From: Bugula neritina
Taxonomy: Eukaryota; Animalia; Bryozoa
Direction of reading: 5' to 3'
Length of the DNA: 64,000 bases
NCBI GenBank assembly: GCA_964035545.1
Contig: OZ037772.1
Coordinates: forward strand, 5,810,689-5,874,688
Made by a program: the position numbers and the translations under genes. Positions within the stretch are counted from its first letter, which is position 1. Each line of letters starts with the position of its first letter. The notes under the pieces were generated by a model, which was not told the DNA's origin, searched no databases, and worked only from the letters and a program-made list of their open reading frames with translations. Of the stretch, positions 17,501 through 30,764 are shown one piece after another.

Positions 17501-20500
17501 TGGGATAATTTATGTGCTGATTCAAACTACGCATAGCAAAAAAGCTAGAAGTAGATCCTGCAACATTAAAGTGTATAACATCATTGTCAATGAGATAAAT
17601 AATACTGCATGTATATATGTTTGAACTGAGAATAAAAAACCATTATGTATGCATATACTAATTTAGTAAAAAAATGAAGAAAAATCAGATCAATCAAGCA
17701 AAATTAGGGAAAAAAACTTGATTATTCAGCTGTATTATTTGTAAATATTGTCTTCTGTTAGGACAAAAAACTATATATTAAATTACTTGCTATATTGTAT
17801 ATTGTAAAAATAACAACAAATCTAGATAAGGATTGTGAGCTAAATTACAATAAGTAAAATTACCTTGAGAGGAAGTGGCAACTTTTTTCACCTACTTAGA
17901 TACTTTACTTGTTGAAACTAACTATTCTATCGCACTTTCAACACAGATTTTTGCATTTTCCGGGTGTATGTTATTTCTATCATGATTATGGATAAAAAAC
18001 TGCTTTTGGCAATTACTGGAGAAAAAAATAGTTTTAACTCAGAACTAAACTTGAATGTAAACATATAAGAGCTAATAAAAACATGATGAATGCAAAAGGT
18101 GCATGGTATATATAGCAAAACTTTTCCTTACAATCACTGCGTTTCCATGACTGCGCATAATGCGAATGAATGCCCCGTACGGATTATTTGTGGTTTGTGG
18201 TTTGCATTAACTTTTAGTTGCGGTTTCATCCGATGTAACTGTTTCCATTAGTCGAATGAAAAAATCCATTCGCATAAAAAACCGTTTTTGGCAATTACTT
18301 GAATGTAAACATATAAGAGCTAATAAAAACATGATGAATGCAAGAGGTGCATGGTATATATAGCAAAATTGTTCCTTACAATAATCAACTAAGAAATCTT
18401 CAGCAGCGGCTCCTGAATAACTGCATTGGAAGCTGATAGTATCTTTTTCATAAATATAGCCTGTAGGTTTGTCTGTGAATCGTAGACTGGGAACTGGTTC
18501 TAAAATACACAATCAGTAAATATTTAAAGCAATGAAAACTTTTTTTATTTGTAAACTTTACATAGTTGTAAAAAATACTTTCCCAAATATTTGGGATTAC
18601 AATTTAAAGCAACTGAAAATACAACTTCTGAAGCTGCTAAATTAATAGAGTATCTAAGTTATATTAGCTAATGAATTGTTATTAAAAGCAAAGTTGGTTT
18701 TTTACATAATTTTCTGTAGAAAATATGGCAAAAAGTTGTAAAAACTTGTCAGGAGACCGATTTTCTTGAAAGTGAAATTTAATAAATATTTAAAACATAT
18801 TATAGTAAATTTAAACTGGCCATTATAGTACTGTCCTTTAAAACAATTTTTATTCATTTTTAATATAATACCCATTCCCTTGTTAGCATTTGTATAGATA
18901 TGAAAAAATACACATCAAAAATATAAATCAAAAGCTATTCTATTTAGGTATACTATGAAAAATTATTTTATTTCGGGACAAACATTGACATTGACCTTTG
19001 ACCATTGACCTTGTTGAAGGCAATTTTAGAAGTACTTCATTGCACAAGAGCGGCTCAATTACTAAAGAACATGTCATTTTATACTTTCTTCGGTTTAAAA
19101 CCAGTTTAGGAAAGTAGATTATTTCTTTATATTAAAAAGCTAGTTGTAAAAATTGTTGTTATTTAGTCAATTTCAATTTGATGTCAGCTTTACATTAGGG
19201 CGTCATGTAAGCATAGCTTCACTGTCTTAAGGAAACCTAACTTTTCAGCAAAAATTCTCATTCTTGAAAGTTCAAATTTTAGTATACTTTCGAGTAGATC
19301 AATTCACATAACACACTGAGTATTTAAAACACATGTATATAGAAATCATTTGTAGCTGTAGTCAATAATTAAACATCACACAAACTATTACCATATTAAA
19401 ACTAATGCAAGTTTATAGTCACTATCTTTGTGAGAAACTCTCGATTGAAAGTTTTTTTGTTAAAGTGCGCTAAAGATTTATTCATATGAGGCAGAGGGGC
19501 AATAATGACTGGGTGCCCTCTTTAACATCACCAATGGCTTTTTGCCGGGGTTCAGCCCATGACCCCATAATTACTATAGGCAAATGCTCTAACTTCTATA
19601 CCACTATCACCATATGAATTTATTTATATAAAGTGACAGATTTTTATTTTATATTTTATTGTAAGTACCTGCAAATGAATGCAGTTGTTATAAAAATAAG
19701 TGAAATTTTCTTTTTTTCGTACTTTGATGTGTACTTTTTTTATACAAAAGATATATCGTACTTTCGCCTTATTTTTGTAACTAAAATACTCCTGCAGAAT
19801 TTACTTTCAATTTATTATTATCTAATTAATTCAATTTAATACTCTAAGTATTTGCACACAGAGTGAAGCAGTTAAATTATTTTACCTGCATTTTTAAATA
19901 TCAACTCAGACATTTCTTTGAGAACCAATCCTGTTGGGTATATAAGTCTGCATTTAAAATACTCCATAGAGTCTTGAGCTGTAAACGTGCCTGTCATACT
20001 TAGAGTGTAGACACTAGAATGCCGCAGCTCTGGGTTATTGTAAGTTACCAACATGCTGATAGACTCTATATCTGGGCAGTTGAAGGCATAAAACTCTACT
20101 GAAGTGCCGTTATTAGAGTCGGGCTGAGCGTTCCATTTTGCCCTGTCCAGTTCGCAAGATCTGGTGTAAATTTCTCCGGACTCGAACACAATATCAAATT
20201 CAAACCTTGCTCCTGGTGCTCTGATTTCTGGAAATGTTGGTGCAGTGCTAATGACTTGTTTCTGGTAGCTACACTTGTACGTCACTTGGCTTCCATTGGG
20301 TACCATTTCAAACTCCGAGGGAGACAGACGGGCTAAAGAAAATTCTTCACTATCTAAAAATATATAATGGTGCAAATTTTCACAGTTTTTGTAAACTTAT
20401 AGTTACCTTTTCTTGATGTTTTAGCTGATCAATTATTATTCTGTTTTTGAAAAAGATAGTCACTTCCTGTTTGACAAACTGTAGTGCTTGATTAAAATAA

Positions 20501-23500
20501 ATTGAAGATTAAAACTAATCCACTAATAATTGCTAGATAAATAGACATCTAAAAAATAAAACACTTGAATGGTTTTAGCAAATTTTTGAATTGTTCGTCA
20601 AATTTCGCTTTAAAATTTTACCTGCGAGGAAATTGGATAATGGTGTTGTTGCCGTAGTAACAGGCTGAATAGTAGTTTCACTTCTCTGAGTTCCAAGAAA
20701 TGTCATGTTCTCACTACTGGAGTTAGATGCATCCCATATGATGGTAATTTTATTTTTAGGGTAATTGTCAAAGTCTGTAAAATACATTAGATGCATATAT
20801 TCATTCCGAAAATAGTTTAGCCATACAAAGTAATATATTCTTGTTGAACTGCAGATAATAAAGTTTTTTTAGCAATTATTTATTGCAACGATATTTTTTA
20901 GTTCTAGAAAGCTGAAATAATAAACTATTCAATATTACAATGTTAACACTAAATTATTTTTGAATTTATTAAGTTTTCCCACTTTGCTAGCTCAGAGCAA
21001 TTTTACAAATCTATAATCCTTAAAATTGTCTATAAGACTCATGAATGTGTTTTTAAAATTTAAAAACTCTTCCACACTTTCACATTACTGGTTGAAACTA
21101 GTAACTTTTAGTACTGCTAAAAGATAGCTGATCAATTCCTAATAGAAGTGCAGAAAACTCCTAATCCTTCTGATTTAAATTAGTATAATATTAAAACTCG
21201 AGGTGTTCAGAATAATATTAAAAAACATTGACTTTATTGAAATAAAAAAGTTTTATTTCAGTTTATACTAGCTTTTACTTGACGTAAAGCTATATATTAT
21301 ATAGCTTTACGTCAGGTAAAAGCTTGTATAAACTGAAATAAAACCTTTTATTACAAAAAGCCAATGTTATTTAGTATTATTCTGAACACTTCGAGTTTCA
21401 ATATCAAAGAAAAGATAAATAAACAAAGCACGGAAGTCATCTTTACAATGAGTTTACTTTTGTTATACATTTTAGACTAAAATATATTTTTAGACAATCA
21501 ACAGTCTGAGTTCTCACCATTTTTTCCAGGGCTTTTTACTCCACAGTAAAGATATGAAATTGAAGAAACACTAGCGGCTGGGTCAAGGTTATATTCATTG
21601 CCAATTACTAATTCTTTGTTTATTCCAATCCAGTAGTATTCAAAGACATCTGGGAAGAGACGTGAGGCCATGTTGCATAGCAGGATTTGTCTCCCCGTAT
21701 CTCGCTTCATTTTGATATGAGGGTTATGACTGGCAGGGTGCATGAAATCTATCATATTGTGAATGATTAAACAAATTAGTTGAAATTAAATAATTGTACT
21801 AAAAATATCGATAAAAAAGCATAATTTTTAATGCATTTTTTTAGTAACTGCCCACAAAATAATAAGACTTGTAGTTTAAGCTATCAAAGATTGAGTTTTC
21901 AGATTTGATGTTTAGAAAGAATAAAATTTTTTGCTACCTGATAATGTAAAAATATAGATATCAGTTCATGTGATTTCATGCATAGTGTAGACAACTTACA
22001 TACTGTTGGAGAAAACTGAAACTGTCTCTCAACTTTTAATCCATTAGAAATTGAGTTCTTGCAGATGAAGAGAAATCCGTCTCTGTGTTCAGCAGAAGGA
22101 CGGAACAATATCCCTTCAGGTGACTCGGTTGTTCGAAACGTGACTTGTCCAGACAACGTCCTAATAACTACACAACACAAACATTTATTATTTTACAAAG
22201 TAACTTTTGTTTTTAAATTTTGATTGAAATTTTCACTCTAAGCATTAATTTCATCCCGTGAGAATCCAAATTGGTAAGATGCTTTGAGCAATAAATAAAT
22301 ATTCTTTTTGCTAAAACATTCTCAACATAATTAAATCCTCTTTGCTGGGGTTTAAAATCTGAATCAAAACCGTTGCTTTTATTCTCTTTCAAACAATAAC
22401 TACATTTCTTTTATAAACAATATTTTTACACATTCAATATAAAAAAGCTGAGATAAGCAAGCAATGATGTTTGAATGGTTTTGGAACTCTTTAGGTTAGC
22501 AGAATAAAATTGCTAACCATATGCAGACAAGCTGCTGTAATGTAGTTTACTAAATTTAAAATAAATTTAGTAACTTAAAACAACTGCATGAATAGACATT
22601 TTTTGTACATAACCTGAATCCTTACCATATTGTAGTTCAAAGTTGGGGACGGGTCGGGAGATACTACAACTCAATTGAAGAGTTTCATTCTCAAACAAAT
22701 ACCAGCTTGAATTCTGTGACCATGTCAAAACTGGCTTTGGCTCTGTAATATTCACAAATATTTTATATATATCTATGAAAGTTTTTTTTCTAATATCATC
22801 GTAAGTGAATACAATTTTAAAAATGAAAATTAATTTTTTTTTATTTTTTAAAAGTTTAGTACTTTTAAGCTAGTATTTAAATATATTTTGTTTATTTAAT
22901 GTTTTAAATAGGCTTAAACAAAACAGTGTGTAAGAAAAAATGTTTTTTAGATTGTCACAAGAAGCAAAATAAGTCAATTTATTCTTTGTTTAGGAAAATG
23001 CTTTTTTTGTACTGCAATAAGAGGCTCAAAAACATCTTATTGAATAAAAATCTTTGACAAATTTTTTGTATAATTTTTTTAAAGTAAAAAGAAATTGTTT
23101 AGGTCTAGATAAATTGATTAATTTAAAATGGTAATAAACTAAACCTGGCTCAGCAAAAATCATTTTGGTCTCCGCTTTCGTGTCTTGACCTAGCTTGCAT
23201 TCTAAATAATCCAATTCTGATTTTGCTGTAAATTTCACAGTCATACTCAGCACATAAATACTTGTGTATGCAAAATCTTTGTAAGTATATACAGATATGG
23301 CACCGATGACTTCACGATCTGGACAGTTGAGGTCAGATATGTAAGACGGAGAAGACGGACTCTGGTCGTAACTCGCTCTCCAGTGATACTGATGAAATAC
23401 ACAAGCCACACTTTCAGTGACGTTGTTATGAGTGTGAAGAACAAAATTAAACCTTGTGCCAGGCTTTCTTTGCTTAGGGAGAGAGCTGCCTTGTTGGGGC

Positions 23501-24462
23501 GAGATGACCACGTCCCTAAATGTACATCTGTAAGTTTGCTCTGTTCCAACAACTGGTTTCACATAGTCTTCTGGTGATATTCTCTCCAAAACAGTTGTGA
23601 CTTTATAAAAAAACAACAACTTTCAAAGTTTATAGTCTGCTACATAATTATATTTCAAAGGAAACTTTGTCTCTCAATGTTGTACTAAAGCAATCTGAAA
23701 ATAGGTACTTTTTTGTCTGCAATGAACTTTCATATATTAAAAATAAAATTTTATAGATTCATAATTGTAAAAATAATTGAGAAAGTTTAATACACAATTG
23801 AAGGAATTCAGGTACCAATTATGCTATGATATTTATTTTATGTTGCACCGCTATAAAATAATGAAACTTGTAAATGATTTTACAATTTTGTACAATTTGT
23901 GACTTTGATCAACTGAATTTTTAAACCATGCACTAAATTTATAGATATAAGTAAGTATTATTTTTTGTCAAACCATCCAATTTAGTATAGAATTTCAAGC
24001 TATCCAATTGGACAGATTATAACTGTACATTATATAGAGCTCTTTTTTAGTACTTTCTCCCTGTTTGCATTAATTTTTTAATTGGATGATTTAACAAATA
24101 GATAATTCTCTCTCTATCTATCAATGTAGAGCATATACATTTAAAATTTAGTTGATCAAAGTCACAAGTTGTGCAGAATTGTAAAATCATTTGCAAATAG
24201 TATCAGCTTATAACAGTGCAATATAAAATAAATGTCATAGCATATATATATAGTACCTTAACTAACATGTACATGTATATAGCGGTGTCATTGTACCGAT
24301 ATATACATGTACATGTCAATTCATGCGCTTTAATTCCTACTGTCTTCTAGTGAAGCAGTTATACTTACTTCCCCCTTTACTCTGGTGAATAAAATAAAGA
24401 ATGACAACTCCAATTAATTGCAATTCTGCTTTGCAAAGCAGACTGTGAAGTTTGTTTACCAT
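14545..24462 (-). CDS. IgR1: type I membrane protein with 2 x (three Ig-like domains + S/T stalk), TM and short tail (~874 aa)
   Basis: Exons (minus): 24462-24369 (signal, MVNKLHSLLCKAELQLIGVVILYFIHQSKG), 23600-23145 (D1), 22742-22626 + 22167-22000 (D2), 21748-21518 (D3), 20774-20622 (linker), 20353-19886 (D1'), 18499-18380 + 17208-17041 (D2'), 16157-15927 (D3'), 15508-15206 (S/T stalk), 14660-14545 (TM FYIVYIVLEVAMVLGFFTVIILMTALL). All introns phase 1, frame open throughout. D3 has C-x14-W...L.C Ig spacing. The last exon may instead splice at 14568 (GTGAGA donor). Ig fold inferred from motifs only. Confidence 0.8.
14681..14874. repeat. Imperfect inverted repeat in the last IgR1 intron
   Basis: ttagttcaatttaaatagt...taaagcagcactaagttggtgatcactgag vs ctcagtcacctccaactcaaggctgctttta...actatttaaattgacctaa. 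Confidence 0.6.
19408..19605 (-). mobile_element. SINE family 2 copy
   Basis: Reverse complement of the family 2 head and body, in an IgR1 intron. Confidence 0.65.
21188..21404. repeat. ~217 bp spacerless inverted repeat (foldback/MITE-like)
   Basis: aaactcgaggtgttcagaataat...gacgtaaagctatata | tatagctttacgtc...attattctgaacacttcgagttt; centre ~21296. Confidence 0.85.
23820..24244. mobile_element. MITE-like element with ~165 bp imperfect terminal inverted repeats
   Basis: tatgctatgatatttattttatgttgcac...gtgactttgatcaact vs agttgatcaaagtcac...gtgcaatataaaataaatgtcatagcata; TA at both ends. Confidence 0.65.
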
Positions 24463-25950
24463 TTTAACTGATTTGGAGTAATTTTTCTACGATAACTAAG
24501 AGTGCAACTGAAGTAGAATGACCCTCGATAAATGTCAGCAAATTTCATTGTTTTGCATAACGCAAACTTGCAATGATCTAGTTTATTAATATACAACATA
24601 CAACAATTAAATTTATATATTCCTTTGTTTGTTTTTCTGTATTTTTTAAAAATTTTATCCAAAAGGTTTTACAAAAATATAAAAGATATTGGGTGTCACA
24701 CAAAATTAGGTCATGTTGTGGCCCAATCATTTGCCAATAGTAAAACTAATAAAAGCATATTTTCAAAATATTGATATGTTATAAAATAAAAATAGTTATA
24801 AAATAAACTCTATAGTTATAAAATGCAAACAAGACTTAATTACTAAAAGTATCCAAGAAAAATATAAATTAACATTAAAAAAGGTTCAATGCGTTTTTGC
24901 AGTCATAGTCATATTATGTGAATGCTATAAAATGCCATGCTGTGATTTTTAGTAAATAATTTGCTACAAATGCTTTGCAATGTTACTTAAAGAGACATGA
25001 GCTTCATTTGAGTTGATAGTATTGGTTAAACATTTCCATATATAAAATATATATATTTCATAAAGATTTTTTTTATTGTCATAAATATTTGTGATTATAA
25101 TTTCTTTGTTTCATTTGGCTATATTTTATTTATTCGATCAGCAAATAACACTGTAGTGAACTAGGTTTTGAGTTGAGCATTTAACTCTTCACTGATGTTC
25201 TTTATTATGTTTTATGATACTTCTATTGACATTGTCAAAGATTATTTTGCTCTCTTAAAATTACACCAGTTCACTAGCACCAACTACTGCCAAGTGCCAG
25301 AGTTAGCGCTGGCTGTGCTGTAGAAAGCTTTTCTTAGTGTAGCTAAATTAGCTTAGCAAACCAGCGCTAATTTTACTACTAACACTATATTTTAATCAAT
25401 CAAACTTTCAATTGCGGTTGTTTTTTACATCATGAAATGAGCTTATATAAATTCAATGTTAAAGTATTACTGTTTAAAGTTTGCTGGATGTGATTAATTC
25501 TTGATTGCAATCAATATTCTAATAGGAAAACTGAAAATTACTTTTACACTGGATAAAAGAACCAAATACTGAAATCAAGAAAAATTCTATAAGTGCATGA
25601 TTGATCAGTATACTTCAAAATTAATTAGTTTATAGAACGCAAAATAGTATTCTAGACAAACACAACTCAACAGCATTGCTGCTAGAGTGCTCGTGTTCTC
25701 AACTGCTTAGAACTGTTGAAAGATGCAAGTTTTCTCAGCTTGGCTTTGGCTTGCAGGTACTTAAATGTGTTTGTGATATTTTTTGTGATTTACTGGCATT
25801 CTCTACTTTAGTTGGTACATCATTTTGTTTATTTTTCTCCAAAGACATTGTGGCGAATAATATTTGAATATTTCTAGAGAATTGTTTAGCATGCTTAAAA
25901 TACAAAACTGTTTGAAAAGAAATGTTTGCAAGAAGAACATTCGGTACACA

Positions 25951-26160
25951 GGAGCAGCCGTGGTCTAGGGGTTAGAGCATTTGACTAGTAAGGACAAAGG
26001 TCGTGGGTTCGAACCTAGTAAAAGCCATTGGTGACATTAGGAAGAGCATTCAGTCATATTGCTCCTGTGCCTCATCTCAATAAGTTCTTAGCCCGATTTA
26101 TCAAAAACCTTTTCTATCAGAGGTTTTCTCACAGAGAAAATGACTATAAACTTGTCTGAG
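25951..26160 (+). mobile_element. tRNA(Thr, AGT)-like SINE family 2 (~210 bp)
   Basis: Head ggagcagccgtggtctaggggttagagc...ctAGTaa...gggttcgaacc plus a shared body ccattggtga..ttaggaagagcat.cagtca...gctcctgtgcctcat...tgactataaacttg. Confidence 0.75.
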
Positions 26161-26214
26161 TTTTTATATAACTGCATATCACATTTTGCTAAAATGAAAA
26201 GCTAATTTAAAAAA

Positions 26215-27593
26215 ATGTTTATGAGAATAATGCTTGTTATAGGTAAGCTTTGTCTTCCTATAAATTAGTATATAAACAATTTAGCATTATTATCACAAAG
26301 TATTTTGTTTTCTTATTTGTTGTTCTATAGTGCACCTGATAGCACCTGTCAATAGTCAATGCACCGTTGGCCTTGACAGATTCAGAAGATACAGTGTATT
26401 AGAGAACATGTCAGTCACAGATCATATGACAGGTGATTCAATATTCAGTCCAGTGGCTGAGATCTGTCTTCTAAAATGTACAGAAGACAAGAAATGTCTG
26501 GGAGTGGTTTATGATGCCCCTGAGAAAAGATGTTTCTTAAAGGAATGCGTGAATCCCCATTTATTTACTGAGTGGACAGGATCAAAATCTGACTATTCTA
26601 TTCAGGTTTCTCAAAGAGCAAATGTTCAGCCAAACAAACTTCTGGCAAGAGGTATGTCTAAATTGGCAAAAAAAACTTGTATATGTTTGCGATTGGCAAA
26701 AGTTTTGTTACTTACCTCTGGATGAAACTTTCAGAATTATGGCAGAAAAAAGTATAAAAAGCATCAAAAAAACTTGATATATTTTCATTTGTGTACAGTT
26801 TGGTTTTGTTTACCATTTTTTTCATTTCAAGTCACAAGGAAACTAAACAGACTAAACAACGTTGCCCAGATCATAAAGAAGTATAAAATTATATTATTTG
26901 TAGGAAGACCTGCAAAACTATCCAGTCAGTACCTGGATTCAAACCCTAAGTACTCTTTCGAGGCTCAGAAAGCAGTTGATGGTGTTTACAATGACAAAAG
27001 AGACAAGTTCTCAATGGCTCACAGTCTGGTTGAACACAGACCCTGGTGGAGAGTGGATCTGGTTGATGTTTACTGTGTCTGGGCTGTCAACATTTTAAAC
27101 AGGTCAAAAAGTGAGTGCAGTAAATTTTTGTGTATTGTTTTAGTTTTAAAACACTGGATTTTTGCTGACTTACAGTTTAAAGACAGAAAATAGTTTGTGA
27201 TTAAAATTAATTTTGACAGATAATGCTGATAAATCAATTTAAACAAAAGTATAAATCATGATATTCACAATTCTTTATTTTTGTAAACTTTTATAAAAGA
27301 AATTGAATGAAATTGTGTGTGTGCGTGCGTGTGCATGTGTGCATGTGTGCTACGTGTACGAGTGCATTTTTGTGTGTGTGTGCATGTGTGTGTGTGGGTG
27401 TGTGTGTGTGCATTTGAGTGTGTGCGCGCGTGCGTGTGCATGTGTGCATGTGTGCTACGTGTACGAGTGAATTTTTGTGTGTGTGTGTGCATGTGTGTGT
27501 GTGGGTGTGTGTGTGTGCATTTGAGTGTGTGCATGCGTACCAGCGCACGTGCGCGCGCGTGTGTGTGTATGTGCAAATGTATGTATGTGTGTG

Positions 27594-27628
<35 letters not shown>

Positions 27629-27629
27629 A

Positions 27630-27664
<35 letters not shown>

Positions 27665-27978
27665 ATGCGTGTGTGCATGCGTTTAATAAGATGCAGTGTA
27701 GTATAATCGTTCCACTATATTCTACAGCCTATATATGCAATTTATTAGAATACTGGGAAAGATCTATGAATGCTGAGATTACAGTGGCAATGACAGAAAA
27801 AGAGATAGAGTTTACTGGAACAAACCCTGAAGTCCTGTGTTACTACCATGATGGAGCCCTTAACCGGTACTACACCTTGCTTATGTGTAAACAACCAATC
27901 AGAGGTCGTTTTGTTCAGATCTTGCTTAATGCAGAAACCAGTTTGAATCTGTATGAAATTGATGTTTATGGAATTTAA
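26215..27978 (+). CDS. Secreted PAN/Apple + F-type lectin (fucolectin / F5-8 type C-like) protein (~261 aa)
   Basis: join(26215..26242,26331..26651,26904..27110,27749..27978); alternative last acceptor at 27728. PAN: [17 protein letters not shown]...RCFLK. F-type lectin: [21 protein letters not shown]...[32 protein letters not shown]. Confidence 0.85.
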
Positions 27979-30764
27979 TAGTTTAAATAATTTAAGTCAA
28001 GTTACACTAAGATAAAATTTCAAACGAAAAAACAAAAACCAAATTTCAATACCATTTTGTTTTGCTTTATATGCAGTCACAAGCAAGCAAAAAGCGTCTT
28101 GTTGAATATTTGACTGTAACCCTTTTATATTTATGAAATCTATTTTCTGCTGTAATGTGTGAATATAATTCAGTTAATCTTCATGTAACAACATTCTTCT
28201 CTGAAAATTATCCAGAATATAAGTTCATCACAAAATAAAAAAAAGTTCAAAAAAGCAGTTTAAGTATTTCTGGAAGTTGCTTGTACATGCTTGAATTTAA
28301 AATTACTGGAAAACTTTAAACTGGTTAGAGTTTTGGGTCATGCAATTACTTAATTGAGGTAATGTTTCAAATAAAGCTGTATCAATAGTTTTATTTATCC
28401 TTAGATGTTTTGGGAATTTGTATATTAAATCAATAGTAGAAATTAAGTGTAGAAAACTGCATATATAGCAGCAAAGAAATTGAATTTTGGCATTGTAGCA
28501 AATAATTGATATATACATCTTTAGTTTAACTTAGCAAAAAAATTACGTAATCACAGATTTCAAAAATGTCTCATTTTTGAAAGGAGCTTAAAAAAACCGT
28601 TTAGTAGACTTTAGCAATATTTGTTCTCAAAACAAATGCCTGCACTGCTGAGCAATTGCTGTCTTTTAAATGTATGACATTTGCTATTTCAATTGGCAAT
28701 ATTTTCAATGTGACAAAGGTTTATTTTATTTATGAGTATTGTTGGTAAACGTTGTATTACTTCTAGTATCGGATATATTATATATGTTTTAATTACTGTT
28801 ACTATTTTTGTATAGTATTTAGTCATAAACAAGATATTTTAGTTGTCATGCATATGCATCAATGATTGCTAATTGTAGTTTTGTGCAAAAACCAGCGTAA
28901 CATTATAAACTGTTTTTTTGTAGATGCTAGTTTAAAGCACACGTTTGTTATATTATGTTTTCTATTGACTTGATTTTAATTATTTTAAATTTGGTCTCCT
29001 CAAAGATATTTTCATAATATTAAATAAATATTGTCATCTTGCATCATTTACATTTTCAGAAAAACCTGAATATGGGCCTAATGCAACAAACATTATATTT
29101 TTGCAATTTTTACTATCCATGCTTACACAGCTTTTTTTAATGTTTCAGTATAAATAAGTTTAAATTGTTGTAAAATAAAAACAAAAAATGCACATTCTAT
29201 TAGTGTATGTAATCACCAGCCACCTAGCAGTTTACAACAGCATAAATGTAGATTGTATGATTGCAAAAACATTTTATTCTGTTAATAGAAAAACATTCCC
29301 AGCAATAAAACTTCAAACTGCAGCATGTACATACGTGTGAATGCTGCTTTAAAAAAAAGATCTTTGCGTCAAAGTGGATGTATTTTGCAAAAAAGTAATA
29401 AGCAAACATGTATGCAAAAACAAAGTGATAAAGTCATTTATAATTACGGCAAAATTAAATGAGAATTTCTTTAAACAATCATTAAAAAATGAGGTTGAAT
29501 ACATTCGCATGTTCTAAATTTATTATTTAGGTATAAAGAAGTGAAAAATAAGTTATTAGAAATATCTTCATAGCTAAGTTGACTATTTTCGAAAAGCATT
29601 TTCACGAAAATATATCGATTGGAACTTCCGATATGTATGGCTTTTACAAAGTTTTATAAAACCAGTGGCAAAGATCATTATACTTTAGTCAATTGAATAT
29701 GGCAGTAAATTGAAATCATTTCAGTGTGTGCAAGGTCTTTGTATAAGTTCTTTATTTATCTAAAAGCCATTAATAGTTGGTTGCAATCAATATAATGTAA
29801 TAAACATCTTTATAAACACTGCAAATTATGCAGTTCTACATTACATTTACAGGAAATTAGACTCTAAAACTTATAATTGAAATATTTATTATACTGTGAC
29901 TACCCTGGTGATCAATATTGAGGCAGAGCACTTAATTGCATATTTTCAAAAGTTACTCAAAAGCATAAATAAGAATGAATACAACTCAATCGTGTAATAG
30001 CTTGTTGGTTTTGGATGCAATCAGGCAGATAACATAACTCCTTATGAGTATTGAGCGATGAGAGAAGAGAAGATTTATTATTAATAAATAACTCCTTCCA
30101 GTATGAGCTCTTGGCTTCAACTGCTTACAACTTACTTCCTTTTATACTGTTACAAAAGCCGATCTGAGAAGCTTTGATCGATTGTTGGCCAAAGTTGGAA
30201 AACTCGGAATGACCTTCATACGATCAGTCGGTTGATCGGCAAGCCGAACTTCGGTCGAAACCGTTTTACATGAGTGAAATGAAAATAAAAAAAAAACTGA
30301 AGGACGAGTAATCGTAATTTGTGGGCGGAGAATAATATAAATAAACAATATGGCATGAGAAGATAACTCTACAGAATACCACAACAGCAATACTGTTTGG
30401 CTTTTTATTGCTTAGTTGTCAGTATTCTTTAGAAGATGAAAATATTGTGAGCTTTATGTTTGTTGTGCCTGCTTTTAACTGTATGCTTTATTGTCTTTTT
30501 ATGAAGATTTTCGATTTTCTCGTATTCTTCTGTTTCAATAAATAGGCTACTGTTTTTACTAATAATTTAGGTTTACATTATATATAGCTAAATGTATCAC
30601 TATGCAACATGCTCTGCAACCTTTTTTTGCCAAACAATTGTTTCACTTATAATCTTAATACAATTTAAATAACAAAATAATAATTTTTTCATAAACTGAT
30701 GAGTTTCTTTTGGAAAAAGATGATAATTCCAAATTGTCTGCAGTTCTTTTGAAAAATTGATAAT

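Noticed and set aside
30142-30390. Possible remnant IgR2 TM exon or small transposon (ELSSHAILFIYII...)
   Set aside because: Hydrophobic stretch too short, no clear similarity to IgR1/IgR3 TM exons, and element ends could not be defined.
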